Shown here: positions 1 to 9,293 of the stretch, piece after piece
Position numbering within the stretch: position 1 is the stretch's first letter
Layout: each line of letters begins with the position of its first letter
DNA from: an uncultured Alphaproteobacteria bacterium
GTDB lineage: Bacteria; Pseudomonadota; Alphaproteobacteria; RF32; CAG-239
Direction of reading: 5' to 3'
DNA length: 64,000 bases
NCBI GenBank assembly: GCA_944392295.1
Contig: CALXWE010000004.1
Coordinates: 45,819-109,818 of the forward strand
Translations under genes and position numbers: made by a program
Notes under the pieces: generated by a model
What the model was told of the DNA's origin: nothing
The model's database searches: none
The model's input: only the letters and a program-made list of their open reading frames with translations

Positions 1-246
1 CGTCGGGCCGCCTTTGCCGTCAAGCCCCGTGCAGTTTAAAGCTCTGGCAATTAAGCGTGCGGTAGTGGTTTTGCCGACGCCTCGGATGCCGGTTAAAATA
101 TAGGCATGGTGCAAGCGGTTATTCTTTATGGCATTGGTTAAAGTTTGTACCAGCGCATCTTGACCCAGCAAATCTTCAAAAGTTTGCGGGCGGTATTTAC
201 GCGCCAAGACCACATACTGATTGTTGTTTGTTTCTTCTTCTGCCAT
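1..246 (-). CDS. dnaX: DNA polymerase III subunit gamma/tau, N-terminal 82 codons (gene runs off the window start)
   Basis: Manual minus-strand translation from the ATG at 246-244 gives [82 protein letters not shown]. The KYRP motif and Walker A GxxGxGKT are typical of DnaX. Not in the supplied ORF track because it is truncated. Confidence 0.85.
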   Translation of the reverse strand, partial: MAEEETNNNQYVVLARKYRPQTFEDLLGQDALVQTLTNAIKNNRLHHAYILTGIRGVGKTTTARLIARALNCTGLDGKGGPT

Positions 247-271
247 ATTATTCTCTGGATATTAACCTTAT

Positions 272-366
272 AAAAGGCGAAGGGACAAAAACCTCGGAGT
301 ATCCGTTACGGCTGCTTCCTTCCGAACCTGACCGGGTTGGCGGACTACCGACCTTTTGCCCTTCAT
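272..366 (-). ncRNA. ffs: Signal recognition particle RNA (small 4.5S type); ends approximate
   Basis: The minus strand of 310-333 reads GGUCAGGUUCGGAAGGAAGCAGCC. This nearly matches the conserved SRP RNA domain IV core as I recall it from E. coli 4.5S (GGUCAGGUCCGGAAGGAAGCAGCC). GAAGGG (364-359) can pair with CCCUUC (284-279) to close a long hairpin. It lies directly upstream of dnaX on the same strand, a common synteny. Confidence 0.75.
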
Positions 367-440
367 AAAAAAATCTACACTCTATATTGAAATAATTGCT
401 CAATTTTTCAAGTAAAAAATTGAACTATCAACATCACTTA

Positions 441-1853
441 TTACCATCCGATTATAAACGGTAAAGACGGCGTACTTTCATTGCGGCTTTTAAATAGGGC
501 GCTTTCAACAACCGCGGCATCTTTGCCATAAACCTTGGGCATGGGGTGTATATAGTTTGCCGTTTGATTTTTGCGGTTTGAAAATGAGCTTGGCGCTTTG
601 GCAACGATTTTAGGACCTTCGGCGGTTACTTTCATGACATCAAGTGCGTGCTGATTACTTCCGTCGGGTAAAATACGAAACGTACCGTTGATACCTATGT
701 AGCCTTCATCGTTGGTGATGGCAAAATTTAAATCATCGGTCTTTTTGCGCGATAAAGATGAAGCTAAGGCGATTCCGTCATAAGCAAAACTATACAACTG
801 ATTGGGCACTTCGCCGAAGTAATCTTGATATTTTTTATTAAAATATTCGTTATGAACGCGCGAAATTGCCGGATAAACACCGTTATACAAAGTTGTTTCT
901 TTTGATAAATCGGTGCTTTCCCAAACCGATGTGCCTAAAAACATAACCGTCGGATAGTTAACATCAAAATATCCGAAGGTGGCAACCGCCGCTTTTAATC
1001 GGTTGCCGGTTTCAGGAATTAAAATGGCATCAAAGTCTAAGTCGCCACTGGTATACGTCGTTTTTAATTTTTTTAATTCGTATTCAGCTTTTTTATCTCC
1101 GGCTTTGGCTTGAGCGGCAAGTAAATTTTTACGCTCGTTTACTTCTTGAGAACGAGTATCATAATCAGTCATCTGCTTTACAATATCCGCAAAATCCAGA
1201 GTATCTTGCGGGTAAAACCCGATTTTTACCAGCTCGGCATTGTTGTTTAAAACGCTCTGAAAGGTGGACGATGCCAAATTTAACCCCGATTGCGTATCGG
1301 GAACCAAAAGGGCAAAGCGTTTTCTGCCTTGTAAAACGGCGTAAGAAATAATCCGCTCCACTTGCTCGTTGCTTAATAAGCCTAAAGTATAAACTCCACT
1401 ACCTAAAACATCGGGCGAGGTGGAAAATGAAATAACCGGCACATCGTTTCTGGCGGCGATTGAGCTGATTGCCGAAACCTCACTTTTCATTAAAGGGCCG
1501 ATAATTAATTCAGAATCGTCTTTTATGGCTTCGCGGACCGCCATATCGGCTCCCGAGGGAGTACTTTGCGTATCGTAAAAATTAATTACCAGTTTGGCAT
1601 TATCCGCATCCTCAATGGCCATCATGGCGGCATTTTTTAAGCCTTGTCCGTAAACGGAAGCTTTGCCGCTTAAAGGCAGCAACATGGCTACCTTGAAATT
1701 ATCATTCTGTTCAAAAAATAAAGAATCGGCAGGTCTGCCAAAGCTTGTATCATAACTCCCGCCTTGCATGGAAACACGGTTTGGACCGCTTGACGAACAG
1801 CCGAATAAGATAATCATTAAAAAAAGAGCACTTATCTTTTTTAACACTTGCAT
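441..1853 (-). CDS. Lipoprotein with type-1 periplasmic-binding-protein fold, LpoA-like (penicillin-binding protein activator family candidate)
   Basis: Signal peptide with lipobox LFGC. Leu/Ile/Val-binding-like core (FKVAMLLPLSGKASVYGQGLKNAAMMAIED...). Divergently paired with rsmI, as lpoA(yraM)/rsmI(yraL) are in E. coli. Confidence 0.55.
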   Translation of the reverse strand: MQVLKKISALFLMIILFGCSSSGPNRVSMQGGSYDTSFGRPADSLFFEQNDNFKVAMLLPLSGKASVYGQGLKNAAMMAIEDADNAKLVINFYDTQSTPSGADMAVREAIKDDSELIIGPLMKSEVSAISSIAARNDVPVISFSTSPDVLGSGVYTLGLLSNEQVERIISYAVLQGRKRFALLVPDTQSGLNLASSTFQSVLNNNAELVKIGFYPQDTLDFADIVKQMTDYDTRSQEVNERKNLLAAQAKAGDKKAEYELKKLKTTYTSGDLDFDAILIPETGNRLKAAVATFGYFDVNYPTVMFLGTSVWESTDLSKETTLYNGVYPAISRVHNEYFNKKYQDYFGEVPNQLYSFAYDGIALASSLSRKKTDDLNFAITNDEGYIGINGTFRILPDGSNQHALDVMKVTAEGPKIVAKAPSSFSNRKNQTANYIHPMPKVYGKDAAVVESALFKSRNESTPSLPFIIGW

Positions 1854-1930
1854 TTTTCCTTAAAATATAAAACAATTCCGTTATGTTTTAAGTTGTAGAC
1901 TAAAAATGATGTATTGTAAAGAGTTATAAA

Positions 1931-2767
1931 ATGTCTGATTGCTCCTTATTTGTCGTAGCCACACCTATAGGTAATCTGCAGGATATTTCCGCAAGAGCCG
2001 TAAGTGTGTTAAATGCTGCCAAAATAATTGCTTGTGAAGATACACGCGTAACCAAAAAACTGTTTTCGCTGTTGGGTATTGCGCTTAATAAAGAATTTAT
2101 TTGTTATCAAAACTATAACGAAGAAGACAAGGCGCAGTTTATTGTCGATTTAATTAAAAACGGCAATGATGTGGCTTTGGTAAGCGATGCCGGTTCACCG
2201 CTTATTTCAGATCCGGGGTATAAGTTGGTAAGTTTGTGCCGCAAGCAAGGCGTGAAAGTGTGCCCCATACCAGGGGCTTCAGCCATTATTTGTGCATTGC
2301 AACTTTCGGGGCTGCCGACTAATCGGTTTATGTTTGCCGGATTTATTCCCAATAAAGATAAAGCCCGCTTTGACTTGTTTAATGAGTTAAAAGATATTGA
2401 TACAACCTTGGTCTTTTATGAAACGGCTCCGCGTTTGCTTAAAACTTTACAGGTTGCTGCTGAGGTTTTTAATTCCAGAGAAATTGCGGTGGTCCGTGAA
2501 ATAAGCAAGCTTTATGAAGAGGCGCAAAACGGCACGGCGGAAGAGTTGATAAATCACTTTACGCAAAATCCTCCCAAAGGGGAAATGGTGTTGGTTGTGG
2601 CTCCGCCTAAAGCTCAAGAAAACAAGTCCGCTATTGATGTTGAGCAAATGCTTTGTCAGGCACTTGAAAATATGAGCTTAAAATCGGCAGTGGCCGAAGT
2701 TGCCCTTAAAACCGGCATATCAAAAAAGGAAATTTATGATAAAGCTTTGGAACTTAAAAATAAATAA
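1931..2767 (+). CDS. rsmI: 16S rRNA (cytidine1402-2'-O)-methyltransferase
   Basis: N-terminus LFVVATPIGNLQDISARAVSVLNAAKIIACEDTRVTKKLF and the tetrapyrrole-methylase-like fold motifs are typical of RsmI. 278 aa. Confidence 0.9.
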   Translation: MSDCSLFVVATPIGNLQDISARAVSVLNAAKIIACEDTRVTKKLFSLLGIALNKEFICYQNYNEEDKAQFIVDLIKNGNDVALVSDAGSPLISDPGYKLVSLCRKQGVKVCPIPGASAIICALQLSGLPTNRFMFAGFIPNKDKARFDLFNELKDIDTTLVFYETAPRLLKTLQVAAEVFNSREIAVVREISKLYEEAQNGTAEELINHFTQNPPKGEMVLVVAPPKAQENKSAIDVEQMLCQALENMSLKSAVAEVALKTGISKKEIYDKALELKNK

Positions 2768-3125
2768 TCTCAAAAATCATGGTGGAAAGTTTGCCGAGCT
2801 TTTAGCACGATTTTATATGCGCTTTAAGGGCTATAAAATTGTGGCGACTAATGTAAAAGTCGGCAGAGGCACTACCGCCGGTGAAGTAGATTTTGTGGCG
2901 CTTAAGAGCGGAACTTTGGTGTTTGTTGAAGTTAAAAAACGTCAAAATTTAGATGTGGCAAGATATGCCATTTTACCTCAACAGCAAAAACGAATCGTAA
3001 CCGCAGCAAAAGTTTTTTTGCAAAATAATCGGCAATACCAAAACTATGATGTTCGTTTTGATGCGGTGCTCGTAAAATTACCGTTTACCATTGAGCATAT
3101 CCGAAATGCTTGGCAGGAAAAATAA
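2736..3125 (+). CDS. yraN: YraN family (UPF0102) endonuclease-like protein
   Basis: The GEVDFVALKSGTLVFVEVKKR motif is typical of UPF0102. I prefer the ATG at 2736, preceded by AAGGA at 2726-2730, over the track start at 2700. Overlaps the rsmI 3' end. Confidence 0.75.
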   Translation: MIKLWNLKINNLKNHGGKFAELLARFYMRFKGYKIVATNVKVGRGTTAGEVDFVALKSGTLVFVEVKKRQNLDVARYAILPQQQKRIVTAAKVFLQNNRQYQNYDVRFDAVLVKLPFTIEHIRNAWQEK

Positions 3126-3154
3126 AAAAGCCCGCTTTCCAGCGAGCTTTTTTG
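3124..3154. terminator. Bidirectional rho-independent terminator between convergent yraN and the PPIase gene
   Basis: A-run, stem AGCCCGCT (3129-3136) / AGCGAGCT (3141-3148) with one mismatch, loop TTCC, then a T-run. Confidence 0.6.
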
Positions 3155-3170
3155 TTGCAATCAGCCTCTT

Positions 3171-4025
3171 TTATTTAGCTTGTTGCTCGGCGGCAACCGG
3201 AATTTCTTTTCCTTGTAAATCATATTTTTGGATTTTGCCGTTTTTATATAAACCGTCAAAGGTTTGAGCAATGGCTTCTTGTGTTAACAAATTTTTGATT
3301 TGCGGTTCAACGTCTTTTAACGGTAAAGGCTGAGAATCGCGGAAATCTTCAACCAAAATCACATGGTAACCGAATTGAGTTTTAACCGGAGTTTTGGTGT
3401 ATTCGCCTTTAGGCAAAGCAAAAGCGGCCTTGGTAAATTCCGGAACCATAATGTCTTCGGCAAAATAACCGAGCTCAACAGTTGAATCTTTGGTGTATTT
3501 TTTAGCTACTTCATCAAAGTTGCTGCCGGCGTTTAATTCGGCGATGACTTTATTGGCAGTGGCTTCATCTTCAACCAAGATGTGTTTAGCGCGAGCTTCT
3601 TTTTTGCTTTTGAAATTTTTAACGTAATTGTTGTCGTAAAAGTTTTTGATTGAAGCATCATTTACCTTTTCGGCAACGATTTTTTCTAAGTAAACTTTAC
3701 GAGCCAAATCTTCCTGAGCTACTTTTAATTGCTCTTTATATTCGGGAGATTCTTGAACTTTGGCGGCACTGGCTGCCTGATACAAAAGTTTGCCGTTTAC
3801 AAAAACATCAACCGCTTTGGGGTAAAATTGCTCAAAAGGAACTTGAGCAGCAATTTGCGGATTAGCCTCATAACCTTTTTTAACATCTTCAATGCTTATT
3901 ACTTCACCGTTAACACGTGCAGCAACACCGGCATTTCTTTCGGCGTAAACCTTAAATGATGCAAAAGCGGCGGCTGCAATAACTACAACGGCTGCGGTTG
4001 TTGTCAAAATATATCTTTTGTTCAT
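3171..4025 (-). CDS. PpiC/parvulin-type peptidyl-prolyl cis-trans isomerase (SurA/PpiD-like), secreted
   Basis: Parvulin core AKHILVEDEATANKVIAELNAGSNFDEVAKKYTKD...FGYHVILVED. Start moved to MNKRYILTTTAAVVVIAAAAFA (ATG at 4025, SD GGAGG just upstream). The track's longer ORF overlaps the secA start. Confidence 0.8.
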   Translation of the reverse strand: MNKRYILTTTAAVVVIAAAAFASFKVYAERNAGVAARVNGEVISIEDVKKGYEANPQIAAQVPFEQFYPKAVDVFVNGKLLYQAASAAKVQESPEYKEQLKVAQEDLARKVYLEKIVAEKVNDASIKNFYDNNYVKNFKSKKEARAKHILVEDEATANKVIAELNAGSNFDEVAKKYTKDSTVELGYFAEDIMVPEFTKAAFALPKGEYTKTPVKTQFGYHVILVEDFRDSQPLPLKDVEPQIKNLLTQEAIAQTFDGLYKNGKIQKYDLQGKEIPVAAEQQAK

Positions 4026-4189
4026 ATTGACCTCCAAAATTTTTAAAATTACTGACTTTAGATATAAACTTTTTTTATTAATATTCCAAGTCTTTTTTAT
4101 AAGTCGTTCATAACTTAGTTTGTGAGTATTGACATTAGTTAAGATAAACACTAAATGTATCATATTGCGATAAATAATAAGGTAAGAAC

Positions 4190-6934
4190 ATGTTAAATAA
4201 AATAGCCCGTGCACTGTTTGGAAGTGCTAATGACAGATTTGTTAAAAGACAAATGAGAACAGTTGAAAAAATCAACTCTTTGGAGCCTGATTTTGTGAAA
4301 CTTTCCGATGATGAATTAAAAGCCAAAACCGATGAGTTTAGAGAGCGTATTAAAAACGGCGAGACTTTAGATGAGTTGTTGCCCGAAGCGTTTGCAACCG
4401 TAAGAGAAGCCGCCAAAAGGACCTTGGGTCAACGTCATTATGACGTCCAGATGGTTGGCGGTATTGTTTTACATAAAGGTATGATTGCCGAAATGAAAAC
4501 CGGTGAAGGTAAAACTTTGGTAGCAACTTTGGCAGCATACTTAAATGCCTTGGAAGGAAAAGGCGTTCATATTGTTACGGTTAACGATTATTTGGCTAAG
4601 CGCGATGCCGAGTGGATGGGACAGGTTTATCGGTTTTTAGGCTTGACCGTCGATTATATTGTGCATGGTAAAGATGATAATCAAAGAAGAGAAGCTTATA
4701 ACTCTGATATTATTTACGGTACTAATAATGAGTTGGGCTTTGATTATCTGCGCGATAATATGAAGTTTAATTTGGAAGACAGAGTACAGCGTGATTTTAA
4801 TTTTGCAATCGTTGACGAGGTGGACTCCATTTTAATTGATGAAGCCAGAACTCCGTTGATTATTTCGGGAGCTGCCGAAGATTCTTCAGAACGCTATATT
4901 ACGGTTAACTCCATTATTCCGCAGTTGACACAAGCCGATTATGAAAAGGATGAAAAGGCGCGTACCGTTACTTTAACCGAAGCCGGTATGACCCATGTTG
5001 AACAGTTGTTAAAACAGGCCGGCTTAATTACCGAGGGCGGTTTGTACGATGTAGGTAATGTACAGCTCGTGCACCATGTTAACCAAGCTTTGCGGGCACA
5101 CAAAATGTTTACTCGCGATGTGGATTATATTGTAAAAGACGGCAAGGTTGTAATTGTTGATGAATTTACAGGCCGTATTATGGAGGGTCGTCGGTACAGT
5201 GATGGTTTGCATCAGGCTTTGGAAGCCAAAGAACACGTTAATATCCAGTCTGAAAACCAGACCTTGGCATCTATTACTTTCCAAAACTATTTCCGCTTAT
5301 ATCCCAAACTTTCGGGTATGACCGGTACGGCTATGACCGAAGAAGCCGAGTTTGGTGATATTTACGGACTTTCTTGTGTGGAAATTCCGACCAATAAGCC
5401 GGTTATAAGAGTTGATGAACACGATGAAATTTATCGTACCGAAAAAGAAAAGTATGCGGCAATTATTAAAACTATTTTGGATTGTCATCGCCGCGGACAG
5501 CCGGTGCTTGTCGGTACGACCTCGGTTGAAAAGTCGGAAATTGTTGCCGATTTGTTATCGAAGGCTGCTCCGAATGTTCATTTTGAGGTGTTAAACGCCC
5601 GTCATCACGAGCGTGAAGCTGCCATTGTGGCTCAGGCCGGTGTGCCGGGAGCAATTACCATTGCTACCAATATGGCCGGACGCGGTACCGATATTCAGCT
5701 CGGCGGTAACTTAGATATGAAGTTAAAGTCGGTATTGACCGGTAATGAGACTCCCGAGCAGGTTGCCGAAATAAAAGAAAAACTTAAAAAAGAAATTGAG
5801 GCCGATAAACAAAAAGTTTTAGCAGCCGGAGGTCTTTATATTTTAGGTACTGAGCGTCATGAAAGCCGCCGTATTGATAACCAATTACGTGGTCGTTCAG
5901 GTCGTCAGGGAGACCCGGGAACTTCTAAATTTTTCCTCTCTTTGGAAGACGATTTAATGCGTATTTTCGGTTCAGACAGAATGTCGGCCGTGTTGCATAA
6001 ATTGGGCTTGCCCGAGGGTGAGGCTTTAGTTCATCCTTGGATTAGCAAGGCTTTGGAAAAAGCTCAGCAAAAGGTTGAGGAGCGTAACTTTGATATTCGT
6101 AAAAACTTGTTGAAATATGACAATGTTATGAATGAACAACGTAAAGTTATTTATGCGCAACGTAAAGAGCTGATGGAAACTGATGATGTCTCCGATGTAG
6201 TGGCTGATATGCGTCAGGAATATTTATCTTCGGTAATTGCCGAATATATTCCTTACGGCTCGGCTCCTGAAGACTGGAAAAAAGAAGAGTTAAAGCAAGA
6301 ACTTGCTAAAATTACGGGCTTTGTTTTGCCGATTAATAACTGGGCAAATGATCCCGAGATTGACAGCGAGACTATGACTCAGAAAATTTTGGATGAAGTT
6401 GAAAAGCGCTTAAACGATAAAAATGAGAATATTCCGGTTAATGTGGTTAAAATGGTTGAGAAGAGCATTTTGCTGCAAGTTTTGGATCAGCTCTGGAAAG
6501 ACCACATTGCAACGTTAGATTTAATGCGTCATACCATTGTTTTGAGAGCTTATGGTCAAAAAGATCCGCTTAATGAGTATAAGCGTGAAGCATTTAATAT
6601 GTTTTCGGATATGTTAGATGCTCTAAAAGAAAAGGTAACGATAGTAACCTGTCGTACACTTATTCAGAGCAATTCACACGAAGCCATGCAGCGCGCCGAG
6701 CAAAAACAGCAAAATGTTAAAATGCAAGCCGTACATGAACAGCCGCAAAATTTGGTAGGCGGACAGTCTGCTCCGGCCGAAGAAAACGAAGAAGAAAAGG
6801 CTGAACCATTCCGTCATGTAACAGGGCAGATTGATCCGAATAATCCGGCCACATGGGGCAAGGTCGCCCGCAATGATTTATGCCCGTGCGGCAGTGGTAA
6901 AAAGTACAAACACTGCCATGGCAAAATTGCTTAA
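4190..6934 (+). CDS. secA: Preprotein translocase ATPase SecA
   Basis: 914 aa. Canonical motifs [28 protein letters not shown] and [10 protein letters not shown], plus the C-terminal zinc motif [14 protein letters not shown]. Confidence 0.97.
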   Translation: MLNKIARALFGSANDRFVKRQMRTVEKINSLEPDFVKLSDDELKAKTDEFRERIKNGETLDELLPEAFATVREAAKRTLGQRHYDVQMVGGIVLHKGMIAEMKTGEGKTLVATLAAYLNALEGKGVHIVTVNDYLAKRDAEWMGQVYRFLGLTVDYIVHGKDDNQRREAYNSDIIYGTNNELGFDYLRDNMKFNLEDRVQRDFNFAIVDEVDSILIDEARTPLIISGAAEDSSERYITVNSIIPQLTQADYEKDEKARTVTLTEAGMTHVEQLLKQAGLITEGGLYDVGNVQLVHHVNQALRAHKMFTRDVDYIVKDGKVVIVDEFTGRIMEGRRYSDGLHQALEAKEHVNIQSENQTLASITFQNYFRLYPKLSGMTGTAMTEEAEFGDIYGLSCVEIPTNKPVIRVDEHDEIYRTEKEKYAAIIKTILDCHRRGQPVLVGTTSVEKSEIVADLLSKAAPNVHFEVLNARHHEREAAIVAQAGVPGAITIATNMAGRGTDIQLGGNLDMKLKSVLTGNETPEQVAEIKEKLKKEIEADKQKVLAAGGLYILGTERHESRRIDNQLRGRSGRQGDPGTSKFFLSLEDDLMRIFGSDRMSAVLHKLGLPEGEALVHPWISKALEKAQQKVEERNFDIRKNLLKYDNVMNEQRKVIYAQRKELMETDDVSDVVADMRQEYLSSVIAEYIPYGSAPEDWKKEELKQELAKITGFVLPINNWANDPEIDSETMTQKILDEVEKRLNDKNENIPVNVVKMVEKSILLQVLDQLWKDHIATLDLMRHTIVLRAYGQKDPLNEYKREAFNMFSDMLDALKEKVTIVTCRTLIQSNSHEAMQRAEQKQQNVKMQAVHEQPQNLVGGQSAPAEENEEEKAEPFRHVTGQIDPNNPATWGKVARNDLCPCGSGKKYKHCHGKIA

Positions 6935-6937
6935 CAT

Positions 6938-6968
6938 AAAAAACCTCCGTGTTAACGGAGGTTTTTTA
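6938..6968 (+). terminator. Rho-independent terminator after secA
   Basis: AAAACCTCCGT (6940-6950) / ACGGAGGTTTT (6955-6965), loop GTTA, T-run. Confidence 0.85.
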
Positions 6969-7017
6969 TTGTTTAAGCGAACACATTGTTGTTGCATTTT
7001 AATAGTTGGTACTTTTT

Positions 7018-7659
7018 TTATTTTGTATTTTTAAAATAAAATTGGAAATAGACTTGCTTTTTATCAGTTAATTCGAACTGTTGTTCACATATGTTATTTA
7101 TTTCGGAAATACTCATATTGGCAAAATCATATTGAGCGTTTACCAGGTTTATGTTTTTTCCTCCACCGGGTTGATTTCTTAAATATATAAAAGTAAATCC
7201 TTTAGGATTTTCTCTGTAAATGGGTTGTAATGCAAGTAGAATATTACGGCAATAAGAAATACCGATATCAATGCTTGGGAAGGTTATTGGAGTTTCGTAT
7301 TGAGGTTTGCCGTATATGGCTAGTACCGTATCGTGATTTAATGGGTGATTGTAAATATATATTGTACTATAAGTACCAAAGGCATCTTTCAGATACTCGT
7401 TTTGAACAGACATACCGTCGGGAATAGCATTTAACTTTTGATATATCGGAATCAAAGAATCATTTGGTTCGGCTGATATTTGATATTGATAGGTATAAAT
7501 CATATTAATTAATGATGAAATTTGCTCAGCTTGCTTATTTAGTTTATATTTCATCATCGCCTTAGAGTAACCGGCGATGGCACCGACGGATAGCACTCCA
7601 ATTATCGCCAGAACGCCGAGCATTTCGACCATCGAGCGTCCAAGTTCATTAAATTTCAT
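7018..7659 (-). CDS. Type IV pilin-like protein (class III signal peptide), variable family paralog A, short leader
   Basis: MKFNELG|RSMVEMLGVLAIIGVLSVGAIAGYSKAMMKYKLNKQAEQ. Gly at -1, Glu at +5, then a hydrophobic helix. Divergent C-terminal domain. SD GGAGG before the ATG. Confidence 0.75.
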   Translation of the reverse strand: MKFNELGRSMVEMLGVLAIIGVLSVGAIAGYSKAMMKYKLNKQAEQISSLINMIYTYQYQISAEPNDSLIPIYQKLNAIPDGMSVQNEYLKDAFGTYSTIYIYNHPLNHDTVLAIYGKPQYETPITFPSIDIGISYCRNILLALQPIYRENPKGFTFIYLRNQPGGGKNINLVNAQYDFANMSISEINNICEQQFELTDKKQVYFQFYFKNTK

Positions 7660-7740
7660 CTAAAAACCTCCGATTTTGAGTTGTTAAAGGACTTTAAACG
7701 AAATCATAAACCGTTTTTTTTTTTTGCAACTTTAAAAGGA
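7660..7740 (-). promoter_or_regulatory. Conserved upstream cassette of the pilin-like family (copy 1): SD, putative -10 TATGAT, A12 tract, TTGCAA
   Basis: Coding-strand sequence TCCTTTTAAAGTTGCA(12xA)CGGTTTATGATTTCGTTTAAAGTCCTTTAACAACTCAAAATCGGAGGTTTTTAG-ATG. Nearly identical copies precede all six family genes. The homopolymer is at 7714-7725. Promoter hexamer assignment is tentative. Confidence 0.6.
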
Positions 7741-7777
7741 ATAAAGTTGATGTTTTATTTATAATATTGTTGTTAAA

Positions 7778-8407
7778 CTATTTCCAAGTAGCATAAAATA
7801 CGCATCCGCTTGATTCTTTTAAGCAACTATTACAGAGAGTATCAAAGTCTTCTAGAGTTAGACTTCTGATACATCTTTTGTTTTTAGATGTATCACAATA
7901 AGCGTCACCATGAAGAGTGTTTGATGAATATTCCGTATCTCCGTCTTCTGATTGACTTTGGATTTGTGAATAAGCGTTATACAATATTCCTGAATGTTCT
8001 TTGTATACATTAAGTAAGTTGCGGCATATTTCTAAACCGTTATTATCTGAACTAAATCGGTAGGCTAAACCGTAAACTGTTGGGTAGGCAAATACCCAAA
8101 TATCATTTTTAAAAATATCATTTAAATAGGTTGAGTTGCGGCGAGAGATTCCATCTGGGAGCATATTTAATTTATAAAGAGTTTCAGCAAAGTGCATGGC
8201 GGCGCCGTTGGTTGATGTATTAATTAACTTATGGCTTATTTCAAAAGCATTGATAAATAACATATTCATGCTTTCTGCTTGCTTATTTAGTTTATATTTC
8301 ATCATCGCCTTAGAGTAACCGGAGATGGCACCCACCGACAGTACGCCTATAATAGCCAAGACGCCGAGCATTTCGACCATCGAGCGTCCAAGTTCATTAA
8401 ATTTCAT
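7778..8407 (-). CDS. Type IV pilin-like protein, variable family paralog B, short leader
   Basis: Same leader and N-terminal helix as paralog A (MKFNELG|RSMVEMLGVLAIIGVLSVGAISGYSKAMMKYKLNKQAE). C-terminal Cys cluster CDTSKNKRC...CNSCLKESSGCVFY. Confidence 0.75.
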   Translation of the reverse strand: MKFNELGRSMVEMLGVLAIIGVLSVGAISGYSKAMMKYKLNKQAESMNMLFINAFEISHKLINTSTNGAAMHFAETLYKLNMLPDGISRRNSTYLNDIFKNDIWVFAYPTVYGLAYRFSSDNNGLEICRNLLNVYKEHSGILYNAYSQIQSQSEDGDTEYSSNTLHGDAYCDTSKNKRCIRSLTLEDFDTLCNSCLKESSGCVFYATWK

Positions 8408-8484
8408 CTAAAACCTCCGATTTTGAGTTGTTAACGGGCTTTAAACGAAATCATAAACCGTTTTTTTTTTTTGCAACTTTAAAG
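8408..8484 (-). promoter_or_regulatory. Conserved pilin-family upstream cassette (copy 2)
   Basis: Near-identical to 7660-7740. Homopolymer 8461-8472 (12 nt). Confidence 0.6.
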
Positions 8485-8494
8485 ATTCGGGCGA

Positions 8495-9250
8495 CTAATT
8501 TTTGTAGATAACGATTTCTTTATTGGAATTCATTTTGCCTAAAGCTTGGTCTAGCTCTTGGTTTGCCGGAAACATTCCGCTTTGATGAAAAATTTGCAAC
8601 TCGTTGACGTATTGACTGTAACGATTGCGATATTTGGGCAAATCGGGATTTATACCTCCTGTCTGCGGTGCCGTAATATCGGCAGTTTGAACACTATTAT
8701 TTTCCGGATTAATACCGCCCGTATTGTTAATATTGTCGGCAAAAGTCGGTACCGTAACGGGCTGTGGATTATCATCTTCAATAAAATCGGTGGTGATGAC
8801 GGCTTGATTGTTATTGTTTGCGTCTTGGCTCGTTGCCGTTTGTGTAATTTCAGATTTGGCAGGTGGTGTATTTTGAACAACATTGCCGGTTGCTTGATTA
8901 GCGTGGCTGCCGGTGTTAGAATCCGCGCCGGTCGCGGCTGCGGTATTTGTAGTTTCGGCTTTGGCGTATACCGGGATATATCTGCCGTCAACGGCTATGT
9001 AATGAGAAATTTTGGGCTTTTTTACTCTTATCGGGGCTTGTCTGGTATTTTGCCCGTTATTGCCGGTGTTATTGTTTCGGCTCCTTATTGCCGAAGGGAG
9101 CTTGGGCTGGGGAAGGGCTATAGGCGGAAGTTTTTCGTAACGGGGTTGTAGCTCGTTTTTCGGAATAAAAAAGGCTTCTTGCGCCGCAACAAACCTGCCG
9201 GCAGCTATTATACCGGTCGTTAAAAGTAAAAAAAATACCGTCTTTTTCAT
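8495..9250 (-). CDS. Secreted low-complexity (Asn/Thr/Gln/Pro-rich) protein, function unknown
   Basis: Signal peptide MKKTVFFLLLTTGIIAAGRFVAAQ. Internal repeat TGGINP(E/D). The antisense ORFs on the + strand are compositional artefacts. Confidence 0.55.
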   Translation of the reverse strand: MKKTVFFLLLTTGIIAAGRFVAAQEAFFIPKNELQPRYEKLPPIALPQPKLPSAIRSRNNNTGNNGQNTRQAPIRVKKPKISHYIAVDGRYIPVYAKAETTNTAAATGADSNTGSHANQATGNVVQNTPPAKSEITQTATSQDANNNNQAVITTDFIEDDNPQPVTVPTFADNINNTGGINPENNSVQTADITAPQTGGINPDLPKYRNRYSQYVNELQIFHQSGMFPANQELDQALGKMNSNKEIVIYKN

Positions 9251-9293
9251 AATGTTAACTCTAAATTGATAATTTTATAATAGCCTATTATAC

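Noticed and set aside
4026-4214. N-terminal extension of the PPIase ORF overlapping the secA start; similar extensions at 47065-47151 and 12020-12079.
   Set aside because: In each case an internal ATG with a good SD is followed immediately by a signal peptide. The extensions overlap neighbouring genes or promoters.
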